Source: Escherichia coli (GTDB lineage: Bacteria; Pseudomonadota; Gammaproteobacteria; Enterobacterales; Enterobacteriaceae). From it: DNA of 64,000 nt. Of the stretch, positions 36,149 through 47,885 are shown one piece after another. A model generated the notes under the pieces. It searched no databases, was not told where the DNA came from, and saw only the letters and a program-made list of their open reading frames with translations. The stretch lies in NCBI RefSeq assembly GCF_044324875.1, contig NZ_CP172185.1; one strand, given 5' to 3'. The stretch's first letter is position 1. Each line of letters begins with the position of its first letter. The translations under genes were made by a program, and so were the position numbers.

Positions 36149-36718
36149 ATGAAACGACTCATTGTAGGCATCAGCGGTGCCAGCGGCGCGATTTATGGCG
36201 TGCGCTTATTACAGGTTCTGCGCGATGTCGCAGATGTTGAAACGCATCTGGTAATGAGCCAGGCCGCGCGCCAGACCTTATCTCTTGAAACGGATTTTTC
36301 CCTGCGCGAAGTGCAGGCGTTAGCTGATGTGACGCACGATGCGCGCGATATTGCTGCCAGCATCTCTTCTGGTTCTTTCCAGACGCTGGGGATGGTGATT
36401 TTACCCTGTTCAATCAAAACCCTGTCCGGCATTGTCCATAGCTATACTGATGGCTTACTGACCCGTGCGGCAGATGTGGTGCTGAAAGAGCGTCGCCCGT
36501 TGGTGCTCTGCGTACGTGAAACACCATTGCACTTAGGCCATCTGCGTTTAATGACTCAGGCAGCAGAAATCGGTGCGGTGATTATGCCTCCCGTTCCGGC
36601 GTTTTATCATCGCCCGCAATCCCTTGATGATGTGATAAATCAGACGGTTAACCGTGTACTCGATCAATTCGCCATAACGCTTCCTGAAGATCTCTTTGCC
36701 CGCTGGCAGGGCGCATAA
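36149..36718 (+). CDS. ubiX: Flavin prenyltransferase UbiX
   Basis: 189-aa ORF MKRLIVGISGASGAIYGVRLLQVLRD... Confidence 0.95.
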   Translation: MKRLIVGISGASGAIYGVRLLQVLRDVADVETHLVMSQAARQTLSLETDFSLREVQALADVTHDARDIAASISSGSFQTLGMVILPCSIKTLSGIVHSYTDGLLTRAADVVLKERRPLVLCVRETPLHLGHLRLMTQAAEIGAVIMPPVPAFYHRPQSLDDVINQTVNRVLDQFAITLPEDLFARWQGA

Positions 36719-36725
36719 CTCCGCT

Positions 36726-36749
36726 GTTGCCCTGTTTCAGGGCAATTTT
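36726..36749 (+). terminator. Rho-independent terminator of ubiX
   Basis: ttgccctg-ttt-cagggcaa hairpin followed by ttttg. Confidence 0.6.
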
Positions 36750-36899
36750 GCAACCGCGATCAAATCCTCGACATTTTGTTTCTGCCATTCAATCGAAACG
36801 CTGCGATTCAACCGCTATACCTGCTATCTTCAACTTCAGGACAATAATGCAACGTCTTATTAACATATTTAACGTTGAATGTTACTGTTGTCGTAATGA

Positions 36900-36915
36900 T
36901 GGCATAAGACCTGCA
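36900..36915 (+). promoter_or_regulatory. Candidate sigma-54 (-24/-12) promoter for argT
   Basis: tGGcataagacctGCa fits the TGGCAC-N5-TTGCA spacing; about 70 bp upstream of the argT ATG. Confidence 0.5.
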
Positions 36916-36983
36916 TGAAAGAGCCTGCAAACACACAACACAATACACAACATAAAAAAGCCATTTTCACTTGAGGGTTATGT

Positions 36984-37766
36984 ATGAAGAAGTCGATTCT
37001 CGCTCTGTCTTTGTTAGTCGGTCTCTCCGCAGCGGCTTCCAGCTATGCGGCGCTACCGGAGACGGTACGTATCGGAACTGATACCACCTATGCGCCGTTC
37101 TCATCGAAAGATGCCAAAGGTGACTTTGTTGGCTTTGATATCGATCTCGGTAACGAGATGTGCAAACGGATGCAGGTGAAATGTACCTGGGTTGCCAGTG
37201 ACTTTGACGCGCTGATCCCCTCACTGAAAGCGAAAAAAATCGACGCCATTATTTCGTCGCTTTCCATTACCGATAAACGTCAGCAGGAGATTGCTTTCTC
37301 CGACAAGTTGTACGCCGCAGATTCTCGTTTGATTGCCGCCAAAGGTTCGCCGATTCAGCCAACGCTGGATTCACTGAAAGGTAAACATGTGGGTGTGCTG
37401 CAGGGATCAACCCAGGAAGCTTACGCTAACGAGACCTGGCGTAGCAAAGGTGTGGATGTGGTGGCCTATGCCAACCAGGATTTGGTCTATTCCGATCTGG
37501 CTGCAGGACGTCTGGATGCCGCACTGCAGGATGAAGTGGCGGCCAGCGAAGGATTCCTCAAGCAACCTGCTGGTAAAGAGTTCGCCTTTGCTGGCTCATC
37601 AGTGAAAGACAAAAAATACTTCGGTGACGGCACCGGTGTAGGGCTACGTAAAGATGATGCGGAACTGACGGCTGCCTTCAATAAGGCGCTTGGCGAGCTG
37701 CGTCAGGACGGCACCTACGACAAGATGGCGAAAAAGTATTTTGACTTTAATGTCTACGGTGACTGA
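36984..37766 (+). CDS. argT: Lysine/arginine/ornithine periplasmic binding protein ArgT
   Basis: 260-aa ORF with signal peptide; paralogous to the adjacent hisJ. Confidence 0.93.
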   Translation: MKKSILALSLLVGLSAAASSYAALPETVRIGTDTTYAPFSSKDAKGDFVGFDIDLGNEMCKRMQVKCTWVASDFDALIPSLKAKKIDAIISSLSITDKRQQEIAFSDKLYAADSRLIAAKGSPIQPTLDSLKGKHVGVLQGSTQEAYANETWRSKGVDVVAYANQDLVYSDLAAGRLDAALQDEVAASEGFLKQPAGKEFAFAGSSVKDKKYFGDGTGVGLRKDDAELTAAFNKALGELRQDGTYDKMAKKYFDFNVYGD

Positions 37767-37986
37767 TACGTCGCAGGGAAGCTGTACCTGATGGAATGAT
37801 CATCATGGTGCACGCCAGGTTTGTTGCACTATCGTAGTGCATTGAAATGCATACTTAAGCATTTTTAATGAAAAATAATACGTCTAACGGGGCGGGATAT
37901 TTTGCCTTGATGGTCAATTTTATGGCACGATAAGTGTAACAAACCTGTAAATATTCCCTATAAAAAGACTGTCAGTTGAGGACATT

Positions 37987-38769
37987 ATGAAAAAACTGGT
38001 GCTATCGCTCTCTCTGGTTCTGGCCTTCTCCAGCGCAACTGTGGCGTTTGCTGCGATTCCGCAAAACATCCGCATCGGTACCGATCCGACCTATGCGCCA
38101 TTTGAATCAAAAAATTCACAAGGTGAACTGGTTGGCTTCGATATCGATCTGGCAAAGGAGTTGTGCAAACGCATCAATACGCAATGTACGTTTGTCGAAA
38201 ACCCACTGGATGCGTTAATCCCGTCCTTAAAAGCGAAGAAGATTGACGCCATCATGTCATCGCTTTCCATTACGGAAAAACGTCAGCAAGAAATAGCCTT
38301 CACCGACAAACTGTACGCAGCCGATTCTCGTCTGGTGGTGGCGAAAAACTCCGACATTCAGCCGACAGTCGAATCGCTGAAAGGCAAGCGGGTAGGCGTA
38401 TTGCAGGGCACCACCCAGGAGACGTTCGGTAACGAACACTGGGCACCAAAAGGCATTGAAATCGTCTCGTATCAGGGGCAGGACAACATTTATTCTGACC
38501 TGACTGCCGGACGTATTGATGCCGCGTTCCAGGATGAGGTCGCAGCCAGCGAAGGTTTCCTCAAACAACCCGTCGGTAAAGATTACAAATTCGGTGGCCC
38601 GTCTGTTAAAGATGAAAAACTGTTTGGCGTAGGGACCGGCATGGGCCTGCGTAAAGAAGATAACGAACTGCGCGAGGCACTGAACAAAGCCTTTGCCGAA
38701 ATGCGCGCTGACGGTACTTACGAGAAATTAGCGAAAAAGTACTTCGATTTTGATGTTTATGGTGGTTAA
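37987..38769 (+). CDS. hisJ: Histidine periplasmic binding protein HisJ
   Basis: 260-aa ORF with signal peptide; followed by the hisQMP transport genes. Confidence 0.93.
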   Translation: MKKLVLSLSLVLAFSSATVAFAAIPQNIRIGTDPTYAPFESKNSQGELVGFDIDLAKELCKRINTQCTFVENPLDALIPSLKAKKIDAIMSSLSITEKRQQEIAFTDKLYAADSRLVVAKNSDIQPTVESLKGKRVGVLQGTTQETFGNEHWAPKGIEIVSYQGQDNIYSDLTAGRIDAAFQDEVAASEGFLKQPVGKDYKFGGPSVKDEKLFGVGTGMGLRKEDNELREALNKAFAEMRADGTYEKLAKKYFDFDVYGG

Positions 38770-38793
38770 TCGCCATCGGTGAAAGAAAGCCCG

Positions 38794-38817
38794 CTCCCTT
38801 CGGGTAACCGGAGGGAG
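38794..38817 (+). other. Intercistronic RNA stem-loop between hisJ and hisQ
   Basis: ctcccttcgg-gtaa-ccggagggag hairpin (one G-U pair) with no U-run; likely an mRNA-stabilising structure rather than a terminator. Confidence 0.4.
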
Positions 38818-38858
38818 ACAAGAGGCGGTAATTCACCACACACGACAGGACAGGCTGC

Positions 38859-39545
38859 ATGTTGTATGGGTTTTCAGGTGTTATTTTACAGGGTGCGCTC
38901 GTCACGCTGGAGCTGGCTATCAGCTCTGTAGTGCTCGCTGTAATCATCGGTTTAATTGGCGCTGGCGGTAAGCTCTCGCAAAATCGGCTTTCGGGCCTTA
39001 TTTTCGAAGGCTACACCACGCTGATTCGTGGCGTGCCGGACTTGGTGTTGATGCTGCTAATTTTCTACGGTTTGCAGATTGCACTAAACACGGTGACGGA
39101 GGCGATGGGCGTCGGGCAGATTGATATTGATCCGATGGTCGCAGGTATTATCACTCTCGGTTTTATCTACGGTGCTTACTTTACCGAAACGTTCCGTGGC
39201 GCGTTTATGGCTGTGCCGAAAGGGCATATAGAGGCGGCGACGGCGTTCGGTTTTACTCGTGGGCAAGTGTTTCGGCGGATCATGTTTCCGGCGATGATGC
39301 GTTACGCCCTGCCAGGCATTGGCAACAACTGGCAGGTGATCCTCAAATCTACCGCTCTGGTTTCGTTACTTGGCCTGGAAGATGTGGTCAAAGCCACGCA
39401 GCTGGCAGGCAAAAGTACCTGGGAACCGTTCTATTTCGCCATCGTTTGTGGCGTGATTTACCTGGTTTTCACCACCGTTTCCAATGGTGTGCTGCTGTTC
39501 CTTGAGCGCCGCTACTCCGTGGGTGTGAAGAGGGCTGACCTGTGA
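38859..39545 (+). CDS. hisQ: Histidine/basic amino acid ABC transporter permease HisQ
   Basis: 228-aa hydrophobic ORF with permease EAA-like loop; stop overlaps the hisM GTG. Confidence 0.93.
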   Translation: MLYGFSGVILQGALVTLELAISSVVLAVIIGLIGAGGKLSQNRLSGLIFEGYTTLIRGVPDLVLMLLIFYGLQIALNTVTEAMGVGQIDIDPMVAGIITLGFIYGAYFTETFRGAFMAVPKGHIEAATAFGFTRGQVFRRIMFPAMMRYALPGIGNNWQVILKSTALVSLLGLEDVVKATQLAGKSTWEPFYFAIVCGVIYLVFTTVSNGVLLFLERRYSVGVKRADL

Positions 39546-40258
39546 TCGAAATCTTACATGAATACTGGAAACCGTTGTTGTGGACCGACGGTTATCGCTT
39601 TACTGGCGTGGCGATCACCCTGTGGCTGCTGATTTTGTCGGTAGTGATAGGCGGAGTTCTGGCGCTGTTTCTGGCGATTGGTCGTGTCTCCAGTAATAAA
39701 TACATCCAGTTTCCAATCTGGTTATTTACCTATATTTTTCGCGGTACGCCGCTGTATGTTCAGTTGCTGGTGTTCTATTCCGGCATGTATACGCTGGAGA
39801 TTGTTAAGGGGACCGAGTTTCTTAACGCTTTCTTCCGCAGTGGCCTGAACTGTACCGTGCTGGCGCTTACGCTTAACACCTGCGCTTACACTACCGAGAT
39901 TTTTGCTGGGGCAATCCGTTCAGTGCCGCATGGGGAAATTGAAGCCGCCAGAGCCTATGGCTTCTCGACCTTTAAAATGTATCGCTGCATTATTTTGCCA
40001 TCGGCGCTGCGTATTGCGTTACCGGCCTACAGCAACGAAGTGATCCTGATGCTGCATTCTACTGCGCTGGCGTTTACGGCCACGGTGCCGGATCTGCTGA
40101 AAATTGCCCGTGATATCAACGCCGCGACGTATCAACCTTTTACCGCCTTCGGCATTGCCGCGGTGCTCTATTTAATCATCTCTTATGTCCTGATCAGCCT
40201 CTTTCGCAGAGCGGAAAAACGCTGGTTGCAGCATGTGAAACCTTCTTCAACGCACTGA
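39542..40258 (+). CDS. hisM: Histidine/basic amino acid ABC transporter permease HisM
   Basis: 238-aa hydrophobic ORF starting at GTG 39542 (GTGA overlap with hisQ). Confidence 0.93.
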   Translation: MIEILHEYWKPLLWTDGYRFTGVAITLWLLILSVVIGGVLALFLAIGRVSSNKYIQFPIWLFTYIFRGTPLYVQLLVFYSGMYTLEIVKGTEFLNAFFRSGLNCTVLALTLNTCAYTTEIFAGAIRSVPHGEIEAARAYGFSTFKMYRCIILPSALRIALPAYSNEVILMLHSTALAFTATVPDLLKIARDINAATYQPFTAFGIAAVLYLIISYVLISLFRRAEKRWLQHVKPSSTH

Positions 40259-40265
40259 GAATACG

Positions 40266-41039
40266 ATGTCCGAGAATAAATTAAACGTTATCGATTTGCA
40301 CAAACGCTACGGCGAACACGAAGTGCTGAAAGGGGTCTCACTGCAAGCGAATGCCGGAGATGTCATAAGCATCATCGGATCGTCGGGATCGGGGAAAAGT
40401 ACCTTTCTGCGCTGCATTAACTTCCTCGAAAAACCGAGTGAAGGGTCGATCGTGGTCAATGGCCAGACGATCAATCTGGTGCGCGACAAAGATGGTCAAC
40501 TCAAAGTCGCCGATAAAAATCAGCTGCGCTTACTGCGCACACGCCTGACGATGGTATTCCAGCACTTCAATCTCTGGAGCCACATGACGGTGCTGGAAAA
40601 CGTCATGGAAGCGCCGATTCAGGTGTTGGGCCTGAGCAAGCAGGAAGCGCGCGAGCGGGCGGTGAAGTATCTGGCAAAAGTTGGGATAGACGAACGTGCG
40701 CAGGGGAAATATCCGGTGCACCTGTCCGGTGGTCAGCAACAGCGTGTTTCCATCGCAAGGGCGCTGGCAATGGAACCGGAAGTTTTACTATTTGATGAAC
40801 CTACCTCGGCGCTCGATCCTGAACTGGTAGGCGAAGTGTTACGTATTATGCAGCAATTGGCAGAAGAGGGGAAAACCATGGTGGTAGTGACTCACGAAAT
40901 GGGCTTTGCTCGCCATGTTTCTACTCACGTCATTTTCCTCCATCAGGGGAAAATAGAAGAAGAGGGCGCGCCAGAACAGTTATTTGGTAACCCGCAAAGC
41001 CCTCGTCTGCAACAGTTCCTTAAAGGTTCGCTGAAATAA
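40266..41039 (+). CDS. hisP: Histidine/basic amino acid ABC transporter ATPase HisP
   Basis: 257-aa ORF with Walker A (GSSGSGKST), ABC signature (LSGGQQQR) and Walker B ([11 protein letters not shown]). Confidence 0.97.
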   Translation: MSENKLNVIDLHKRYGEHEVLKGVSLQANAGDVISIIGSSGSGKSTFLRCINFLEKPSEGSIVVNGQTINLVRDKDGQLKVADKNQLRLLRTRLTMVFQHFNLWSHMTVLENVMEAPIQVLGLSKQEARERAVKYLAKVGIDERAQGKYPVHLSGGQQQRVSIARALAMEPEVLLFDEPTSALDPELVGEVLRIMQQLAEEGKTMVVVTHEMGFARHVSTHVIFLHQGKIEEEGAPEQLFGNPQSPRLQQFLKGSLK

Positions 41040-41235
41040 TTTCCTCTCCGGTGGCTAACGCTGCCGGAGTATTTTCAAGGGGAATTTGCGAGTCCGCTTC
41101 CGCTGAAATGTAAAAGTTGCAGTCCGCTAAAAATAGTTCTGAATTCGCTGTCCAAAGATAAAAACTGCCTGCTGCATTGGGTGTAAATCGTGGTTATTGT
41201 CGCGTCATCTTAAATTTGAGGGGTGACGGAACGCC

Positions 41236-42126
41236 ATGACAATATCGACAACTTCCACGCCGCATGATGCGGTATTTAAATCTTTTTTACGCCATCCAGA
41301 CACCGCGCGGGATTTTATTGATATTCATCTTCCCGCGCCGCTGCGCAAACTGTGTGATTTAACGACGCTTAAACTGGAACCAAACAGTTTTATTGATGAA
41401 GACCTGCGGCAATATTATTCCGACCTCTTGTGGTCTGTGAAAACGCAGGAGGGAGCGGGTTATATTTATGTGGTGATAGAGCACCAAAGTAAGCCAGAGG
41501 AATTAATGGCTTTTCGCATGATGCGCTATTCCATTGCGGCGATGCAAAACCATCTTGATGCGGGTTATAAAGAGCTTCCATTAGTGATCCCGATGCTGTT
41601 TTATCATGGTTGCAGAAGCCCTTATCCATATTCACTCTGCTGGCTTGATGAATTTGCCGAGCCTGCGATTGCCCGCAAAATTTATTCATCGGCTTTTCCG
41701 CTGGTGGATATTACCGTGGTGCCGGATGACGAGATTATGCAACATCGCAAAATGGCGCTGTTGGAGTTAATTCAGAAACATATTCGTCAGCGCGATCTGT
41801 TGGGATTAGTCGACCAAATTGTTTCGCTGCTAGTTACAGGGAACACTAATGACAGACAGCTAAAAGCCCTGTTTAATTATGTATTACAAACGGGAGATGC
41901 CCAGCGTTTCCGTGCATTTATTGGTGAGATAGCGGAACGCGCACCACAAGAAAAGGAGAAACTGATGACCATTGCTGACAGATTACGTGAAGAAGGCGCA
42001 ATGCAGGGCAAACACGAAGAAGCCCTGCGTATTGCTCAGGAGATGCTGGAGAGAGGTTTAGACAGAGAGTTAGTTATGATGGTGACCCGACTTTCACCAG
42101 ACGATCTTATCGCGCAAAGCCACTAA
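41236..42126 (+). CDS. rpnB: Recombination-promoting nuclease RpnB (YfcI; PD-(D/E)XK transposase_31-like family)
   Basis: 296-aa ORF in the conserved hisP-rpnB-yfcH position; Rpn/YhgA-like sequence; strong internal AAGGAG plus in-frame ATG at 41953-41967. Confidence 0.8.
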   Translation: MTISTTSTPHDAVFKSFLRHPDTARDFIDIHLPAPLRKLCDLTTLKLEPNSFIDEDLRQYYSDLLWSVKTQEGAGYIYVVIEHQSKPEELMAFRMMRYSIAAMQNHLDAGYKELPLVIPMLFYHGCRSPYPYSLCWLDEFAEPAIARKIYSSAFPLVDITVVPDDEIMQHRKMALLELIQKHIRQRDLLGLVDQIVSLLVTGNTNDRQLKALFNYVLQTGDAQRFRAFIGEIAERAPQEKEKLMTIADRLREEGAMQGKHEEALRIAQEMLERGLDRELVMMVTRLSPDDLIAQSH

Positions 42127-42173
42127 TTCTGTAACACCAGGAGTTAACTGGCGGATGTTTGCAGTAAACCACA

Positions 42174-43067
42174 TCAGCGAACAACATCCGCCAGCGCCTC
42201 TTCTAAATCGTACCAGCGAAACGCAAAACCCGCTTCTTCCAGCCGTTTAGGCAATGCTCGTTGTCCACCTAATACCAGCACTGAAGATTCGCCCATTAAC
42301 AGTCGAATGGCGGTCACAGGGACGCGCAAAATGGCCGGGCGATGCAGCGCATGACCGAGCGCATGGGCAAATTGTTCATTGCGTACCGGGTAGGGCGAAA
42401 CCATATTAAATGGTCCACGCAGCTCGTTATCCAGCAGCCAGAGAATGCCGTTGACCATATCATCAATATGAATCCAGGCCAGATACTGCCGACCGGAGCC
42501 AATCGGCCCGCCCAGACCAAGACGAAACGGCGGCAGCATTTTACCGAGAATACCGCCATCCGGTGCCAGCACTACGCCGGTACGCAGCAGGCACACTCGC
42601 GTTTTGTCACTTTGCGCCCGGCAGGCAATCTCTTCCCAGCGGGCGCAGAGTTTATGAGTAAATTCGTTATGCGGCGGTTCCTCTTCGGTAACCACCACTT
42701 CACCTAAGTCGCCATAATAGCCCGTTGCCGAGCCGGAAATGAGTACCGACGGCGGCGTGTCGCTGGCATTAATCAAATCGACCAGTTTTTGCGTGATATT
42801 CCAGCGGCTTTGGCAGAGACGCTCTTTTTGCTCGTGAGTCCAGCGTTTATCAGCAATCGGCTCTCCGGCCAGGTTGATTACCGCATCAACGCCGTTGAGG
42901 TTACTTTGATCGGCAAGCCCTTGCCATAGTGTCACCCGAGGGCCGAGAACGGAACTGGCTTTCTGCGGGTTACGCGTCACTACCGTGATTTGATGGCCCA
43001 GATCCAGCAAACGCGGAATCAAATGGCGACCAATTAATCCCGTCCCTCCGGTGATCACTATGTTCAT
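42174..43067 (-). CDS. yfcH: NAD-dependent epimerase-family protein YfcH
   Basis: 297-aa ORF with N-terminal Rossmann motif [12 protein letters not shown]. Confidence 0.88.
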   Translation of the reverse strand: MNIVITGGTGLIGRHLIPRLLDLGHQITVVTRNPQKASSVLGPRVTLWQGLADQSNLNGVDAVINLAGEPIADKRWTHEQKERLCQSRWNITQKLVDLINASDTPPSVLISGSATGYYGDLGEVVVTEEEPPHNEFTHKLCARWEEIACRAQSDKTRVCLLRTGVVLAPDGGILGKMLPPFRLGLGGPIGSGRQYLAWIHIDDMVNGILWLLDNELRGPFNMVSPYPVRNEQFAHALGHALHRPAILRVPVTAIRLLMGESSVLVLGGQRALPKRLEEAGFAFRWYDLEEALADVVR

Positions 43068-43087
43068 GCAGCCTCCCGATATGGCGG

Positions 43088-43450
43088 TTAACGCTGCCAG
43101 CTTAAGGTCATGGATACCGAATCGGCGTAGCGCAGCGCGTGCAGTTTATCGATCTCCACTTCAGCATACGTCACCCAGTGATGTTCACGTGCGATATCGA
43201 GCACATCCTGAGTTAATTTTTCCAGCAAAGAGAAACGGTTATTCTCTACATGCTGAATAATGTTTTTCGTTACAGTGCGATAATTCAGCGCATCGTTGAT
43301 ATCTTCGCTAGTGCGCGCTTTATCGGCGGGGTAGTGGATCGTCACATTGATAACAATATCCTGACGGTTGTTAATTTCTTCTTCCTTAATTCCGATAAAC
43401 GTACGTAAACGAAGGTTCTTTATACGAATAATAGCGGCAGGTTGTGCCAT
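43088..43450 (-). CDS. folX: Dihydroneopterin triphosphate 2'-epimerase FolX
   Basis: 120-aa [28 protein letters not shown]... Confidence 0.93.
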
Positions 43451-43506
43451 TGCAGGTTCTCCGTTGTTTTACTTAGGATGAAATAATACACGAGAACCTG
43501 TTTCTG

Positions 43507-44985
<1,479 letters not shown>

Positions 44986-44991
44986 TGAGTG

Positions 44992-45543
44992 ATGAAACTG
45001 ATGTTTGCATCGGACATTCATGGGTCGTTACCGGCGACGGAACGTGTTCTGGAGTTGTTTGCCCAAAGCGGTGCCCAGTGGCTGGTGATCCTTGGCGACG
45101 TGTTGAATCACGGCCCGCGTAATGCTTTACCGGAGGGTTACGCGCCAGCCAAAGTCGCTGAACGGCTTAATGAAGTGGCACATAAGGTTATCGCTGTGCG
45201 CGGCAACTGCGACAGCGAAGTGGATCAAATGCTTTTGCATTTCCCGATAACCGCGCCGTGGCAACAGGTATTACTGGAAAAACAACGTCTGTTTTTGACG
45301 CATGGTCATCTGTTTGGGCCGGAAAATCTGCCTGCTTTAAACCAGAACGATGTGCTGGTGTACGGTCATACCCATCTGCCAGTGGCAGAACAGCGGGGGG
45401 AGATTTTCCACTTCAACCCCGGCTCGGTGAGTATTCCTAAAGGCGGTAATCCGGCGAGTTATGGCATGCTGGATAATGACGTACTTAGTGTAATCGCACT
45501 CAATGATCAAAGTATCATTGCGCAGGTCGCGATTAATCCGTAA
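44992..45543 (+). CDS. yfcE: Metallophosphoesterase (calcineurin-like phosphodiesterase) YfcE
   Basis: ATG 44992 six nt after AGGAG (the track begins one codon earlier at GTG 44989); motifs DIHG, GDVLNHGPRN, GHTH. Confidence 0.88.
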   Translation: MKLMFASDIHGSLPATERVLELFAQSGAQWLVILGDVLNHGPRNALPEGYAPAKVAERLNEVAHKVIAVRGNCDSEVDQMLLHFPITAPWQQVLLEKQRLFLTHGHLFGPENLPALNQNDVLVYGHTHLPVAEQRGEIFHFNPGSVSIPKGGNPASYGMLDNDVLSVIALNDQSIIAQVAINP

Positions 45544-45600
45544 TTTACCCACAACTCAAAATGCGCCGTAAGAGCGCCAGAAAAAGAAGGTTTCCTGATA

Positions 45601-46143
45601 ATGGAACAGCGTCGTTTGGCAAGTACTGAATGGGTGGATATTGTCAATGAAGAGAACGAAGTCATTGCACAAGCCAGCCGGGAACAAATGCGGGCACAGT
45701 GTCTGCGTCATCGTGCAACTTACATCGTCGTGCATGATGGCATGGGCAAAATTCTGGTCCAGCGTCGTACCGAGACAAAAGACTTTTTACCCGGCATGTT
45801 AGATGCGACCGCAGGCGGTGTAGTCCAGGCCGATGAGCAACTGCTGGAATCCGCGCGTCGCGAAGCGGAAGAAGAGTTGGGCATTGCCGGTGTCCCCTTT
45901 GCCGAGCACGGGCAGTTCTATTTCGAAGATAAAAATTGCCGTGTGTGGGGCGCGTTGTTCAGTTGCGTCTCTCACGGTCCCTTCGCCCTACAGGAAGATG
46001 AAGTCAGTGAAGTTTGCTGGCTGACACCGGAAGAAATCACCGCACGCTGCGATGAGTTCACTCCAGACTCGCTGAAAGCGCTGGCGTTGTGGATGAAGCG
46101 CAATGCCAAAAATGAAGCCGTAGAGACTGAAACGGCAGAATGA
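45601..46143 (+). CDS. yfcD: NUDIX hydrolase YfcD
   Basis: 180-aa ORF with Nudix box (...[10 protein letters not shown]...). Confidence 0.88.
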
Positions 46144-46170
46144 AAAAAGAGCCGCAATTGCGGCTCTTAA
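46143..46170. terminator. Bidirectional terminator between convergent yfcD and yfcC
   Basis: aaaaaa-agagccgc-aatt-gcggctct hairpin; the A-run gives a U-run for the minus-strand (yfcC) transcript. Confidence 0.6.
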
Positions 46171-46175
46171 CATTT

Positions 46176-47696
46176 TTAGTGGTAGCCCATCAACTGAGCG
46201 CCGATCACCACGACGCTGGACATAATAAACAGCAGTCCAAGCAGTGTCGCGCCCACCTTCAGCCAGTTACGGAAGTCCACCCGGCAAACACCTAGCGTTG
46301 CCATTAACGAAGCTGAGGTCGGGTAAATGATGTGGCTGAAGCCATCACCAAACTGGAACGCCAGCACGGTAACCTGACGGTTAACACCGACCAGATCGCC
46401 AAGCGGTGCCAGTAACGGCATGGTTAACGCCGCCTGACCAGAACCGGACGTCACGAAGAAATTAAATACCGCCTGGAAGAGCAACATAAACCAGGCCGCG
46501 ACCGCATTGTCCAGACCGCTAATGGCATTGGCAATGCTGTTGAGGATGGTATTTAACACGCTGGCATCACCCGCTTCACCATTACCGACCAGCAGCAAAA
46601 TCCCTTTGGCGAAACCCACCAGCAGGGCAGGGGCGATCATCATTCGCGCCCCTTCGGTAAAGGATGAAGCCATGGTATTAACCGTCATGCCGTTAAGGCG
46701 GAAAACAACGCCGATGATGCCAATCACCAGACCCATGGTGAAGAACTGGCTGGCAATTTCTGGAATAAACCAGGCATTAACGATCACGCCCCAAATCACC
46801 CAGACCATTACGGCGGTCAGGACAATCAATACCAGCCAGTCACCAAAGGTAAACGGACGTTGTTCAACATCCGCCTGCTTTTCACGAAAGAAGCGGTCGG
46901 ACTCATGCACGCGTGACAGAAGAGGATTCTTTTTCACTCGTGAGGCGTACACCATGGTAAAGATCAGGCCAATCAGAGTGGCGATAACCCACACCACGAT
47001 GCGCAACCCGGAGCCAGAAAGCACCGGAACGCCGGCAATCCCCTGAGCAACAACCACACAAAACGGGTTCATCCACGAACTGGCAAAACCGATTTGCGTG
47101 GCGATATAGGTCACCAGGACGGTGGTAATACTGTCATAGCCCAGCCGGACCATTAGCGGTGCGATGATAATGGCAAAGGCGACGGCCTCTTCTCCCATAC
47201 CAAATACCGCGCCGCCAAGTGAAAACAGAATAAAGAGCGCAGGAATAAAGAGAATTTCATTTCCGCGGGTATGGCGAATAAGCGCCAGGATACCGTTATC
47301 AATGGTTCCTGTACGCATCACAATGCCAAACGCGCCGCCAATCACCAGCATAAACATGATGATGCCAACGGCTGTCCCGTATTTCGATCCTGAGGTTAAC
47401 CCTTCAAACGGGAAGTTCATCAGACCCGGGCGTTCATCGCCCGTCGTGAACAGCTGTACGCGGTGATACTCAGGTTCGCCTGCTTCGTTAGTCAGAATGC
47501 GAAAAGAGTGTGGATCTACGACTTTGCGAGTTTTTGTTTGACCATCAACCTGATACTGCACTTCCTGACTGTCAAACATGCCCACCGGAACTACCCAGGT
47601 GGCAAGGCTGGTTAAAATAGCAACAAAAAAGATAATCACCAACGTATCGGGCATTGCCCATCTTCTTGTTGGTTTAGATTCAGTGATTGCGGACAT
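46176..47696 (-). CDS. yfcC: Putative inner-membrane transporter YfcC
   Basis: Track ORF 46176-47717; likely start at the ATG on the minus strand at 47694-47696 (MSAITESKPTRRWAMPDTL...), 506 aa, polytopic. Confidence 0.85.
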   Translation of the reverse strand: MSAITESKPTRRWAMPDTLVIIFFVAILTSLATWVVPVGMFDSQEVQYQVDGQTKTRKVVDPHSFRILTNEAGEPEYHRVQLFTTGDERPGLMNFPFEGLTSGSKYGTAVGIIMFMLVIGGAFGIVMRTGTIDNGILALIRHTRGNEILFIPALFILFSLGGAVFGMGEEAVAFAIIIAPLMVRLGYDSITTVLVTYIATQIGFASSWMNPFCVVVAQGIAGVPVLSGSGLRIVVWVIATLIGLIFTMVYASRVKKNPLLSRVHESDRFFREKQADVEQRPFTFGDWLVLIVLTAVMVWVIWGVIVNAWFIPEIASQFFTMGLVIGIIGVVFRLNGMTVNTMASSFTEGARMMIAPALLVGFAKGILLLVGNGEAGDASVLNTILNSIANAISGLDNAVAAWFMLLFQAVFNFFVTSGSGQAALTMPLLAPLGDLVGVNRQVTVLAFQFGDGFSHIIYPTSASLMATLGVCRVDFRNWLKVGATLLGLLFIMSSVVVIGAQLMGYH

Positions 47697-47816
47697 AGCG
47701 CAAATATTCCCTTGCACAAAACAAAGTGGTAAGTATGCAAAGTGAGATGGCGCAATTCATTGATGCAGCGCAGTTAAGCAAGATAATCAGAAAGGATTAA
47801 TGCAAATTAAGAGAAT

Positions 47817-47847
47817 AAAAAACCGGAAATAGTCACTATTTCCGGTT
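47817..47847 (-). terminator. Rho-independent terminator of pta (end of the ackA-pta operon)
   Basis: aaccggaaata-gtcac-tatttccggtt hairpin followed on the minus strand by a U-run; a second hairpin atccgcagc-gcaaa-gctgcggat lies at 47853-47875. Confidence 0.8.
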
Positions 47848-47885
47848 CCGATATCCGCAGCGCAAAGCTGCGGATGATGACGAGA

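Noticed and set aside
41236..42126. rpnB as a possible mobile element or IS transposase
   Set aside because: The protein belongs to a transposase-like nuclease family, but I see no terminal inverted repeats or target-site duplication, and it sits in a conserved chromosomal position between hisP and yfcH. Treated as a domesticated chromosomal gene.
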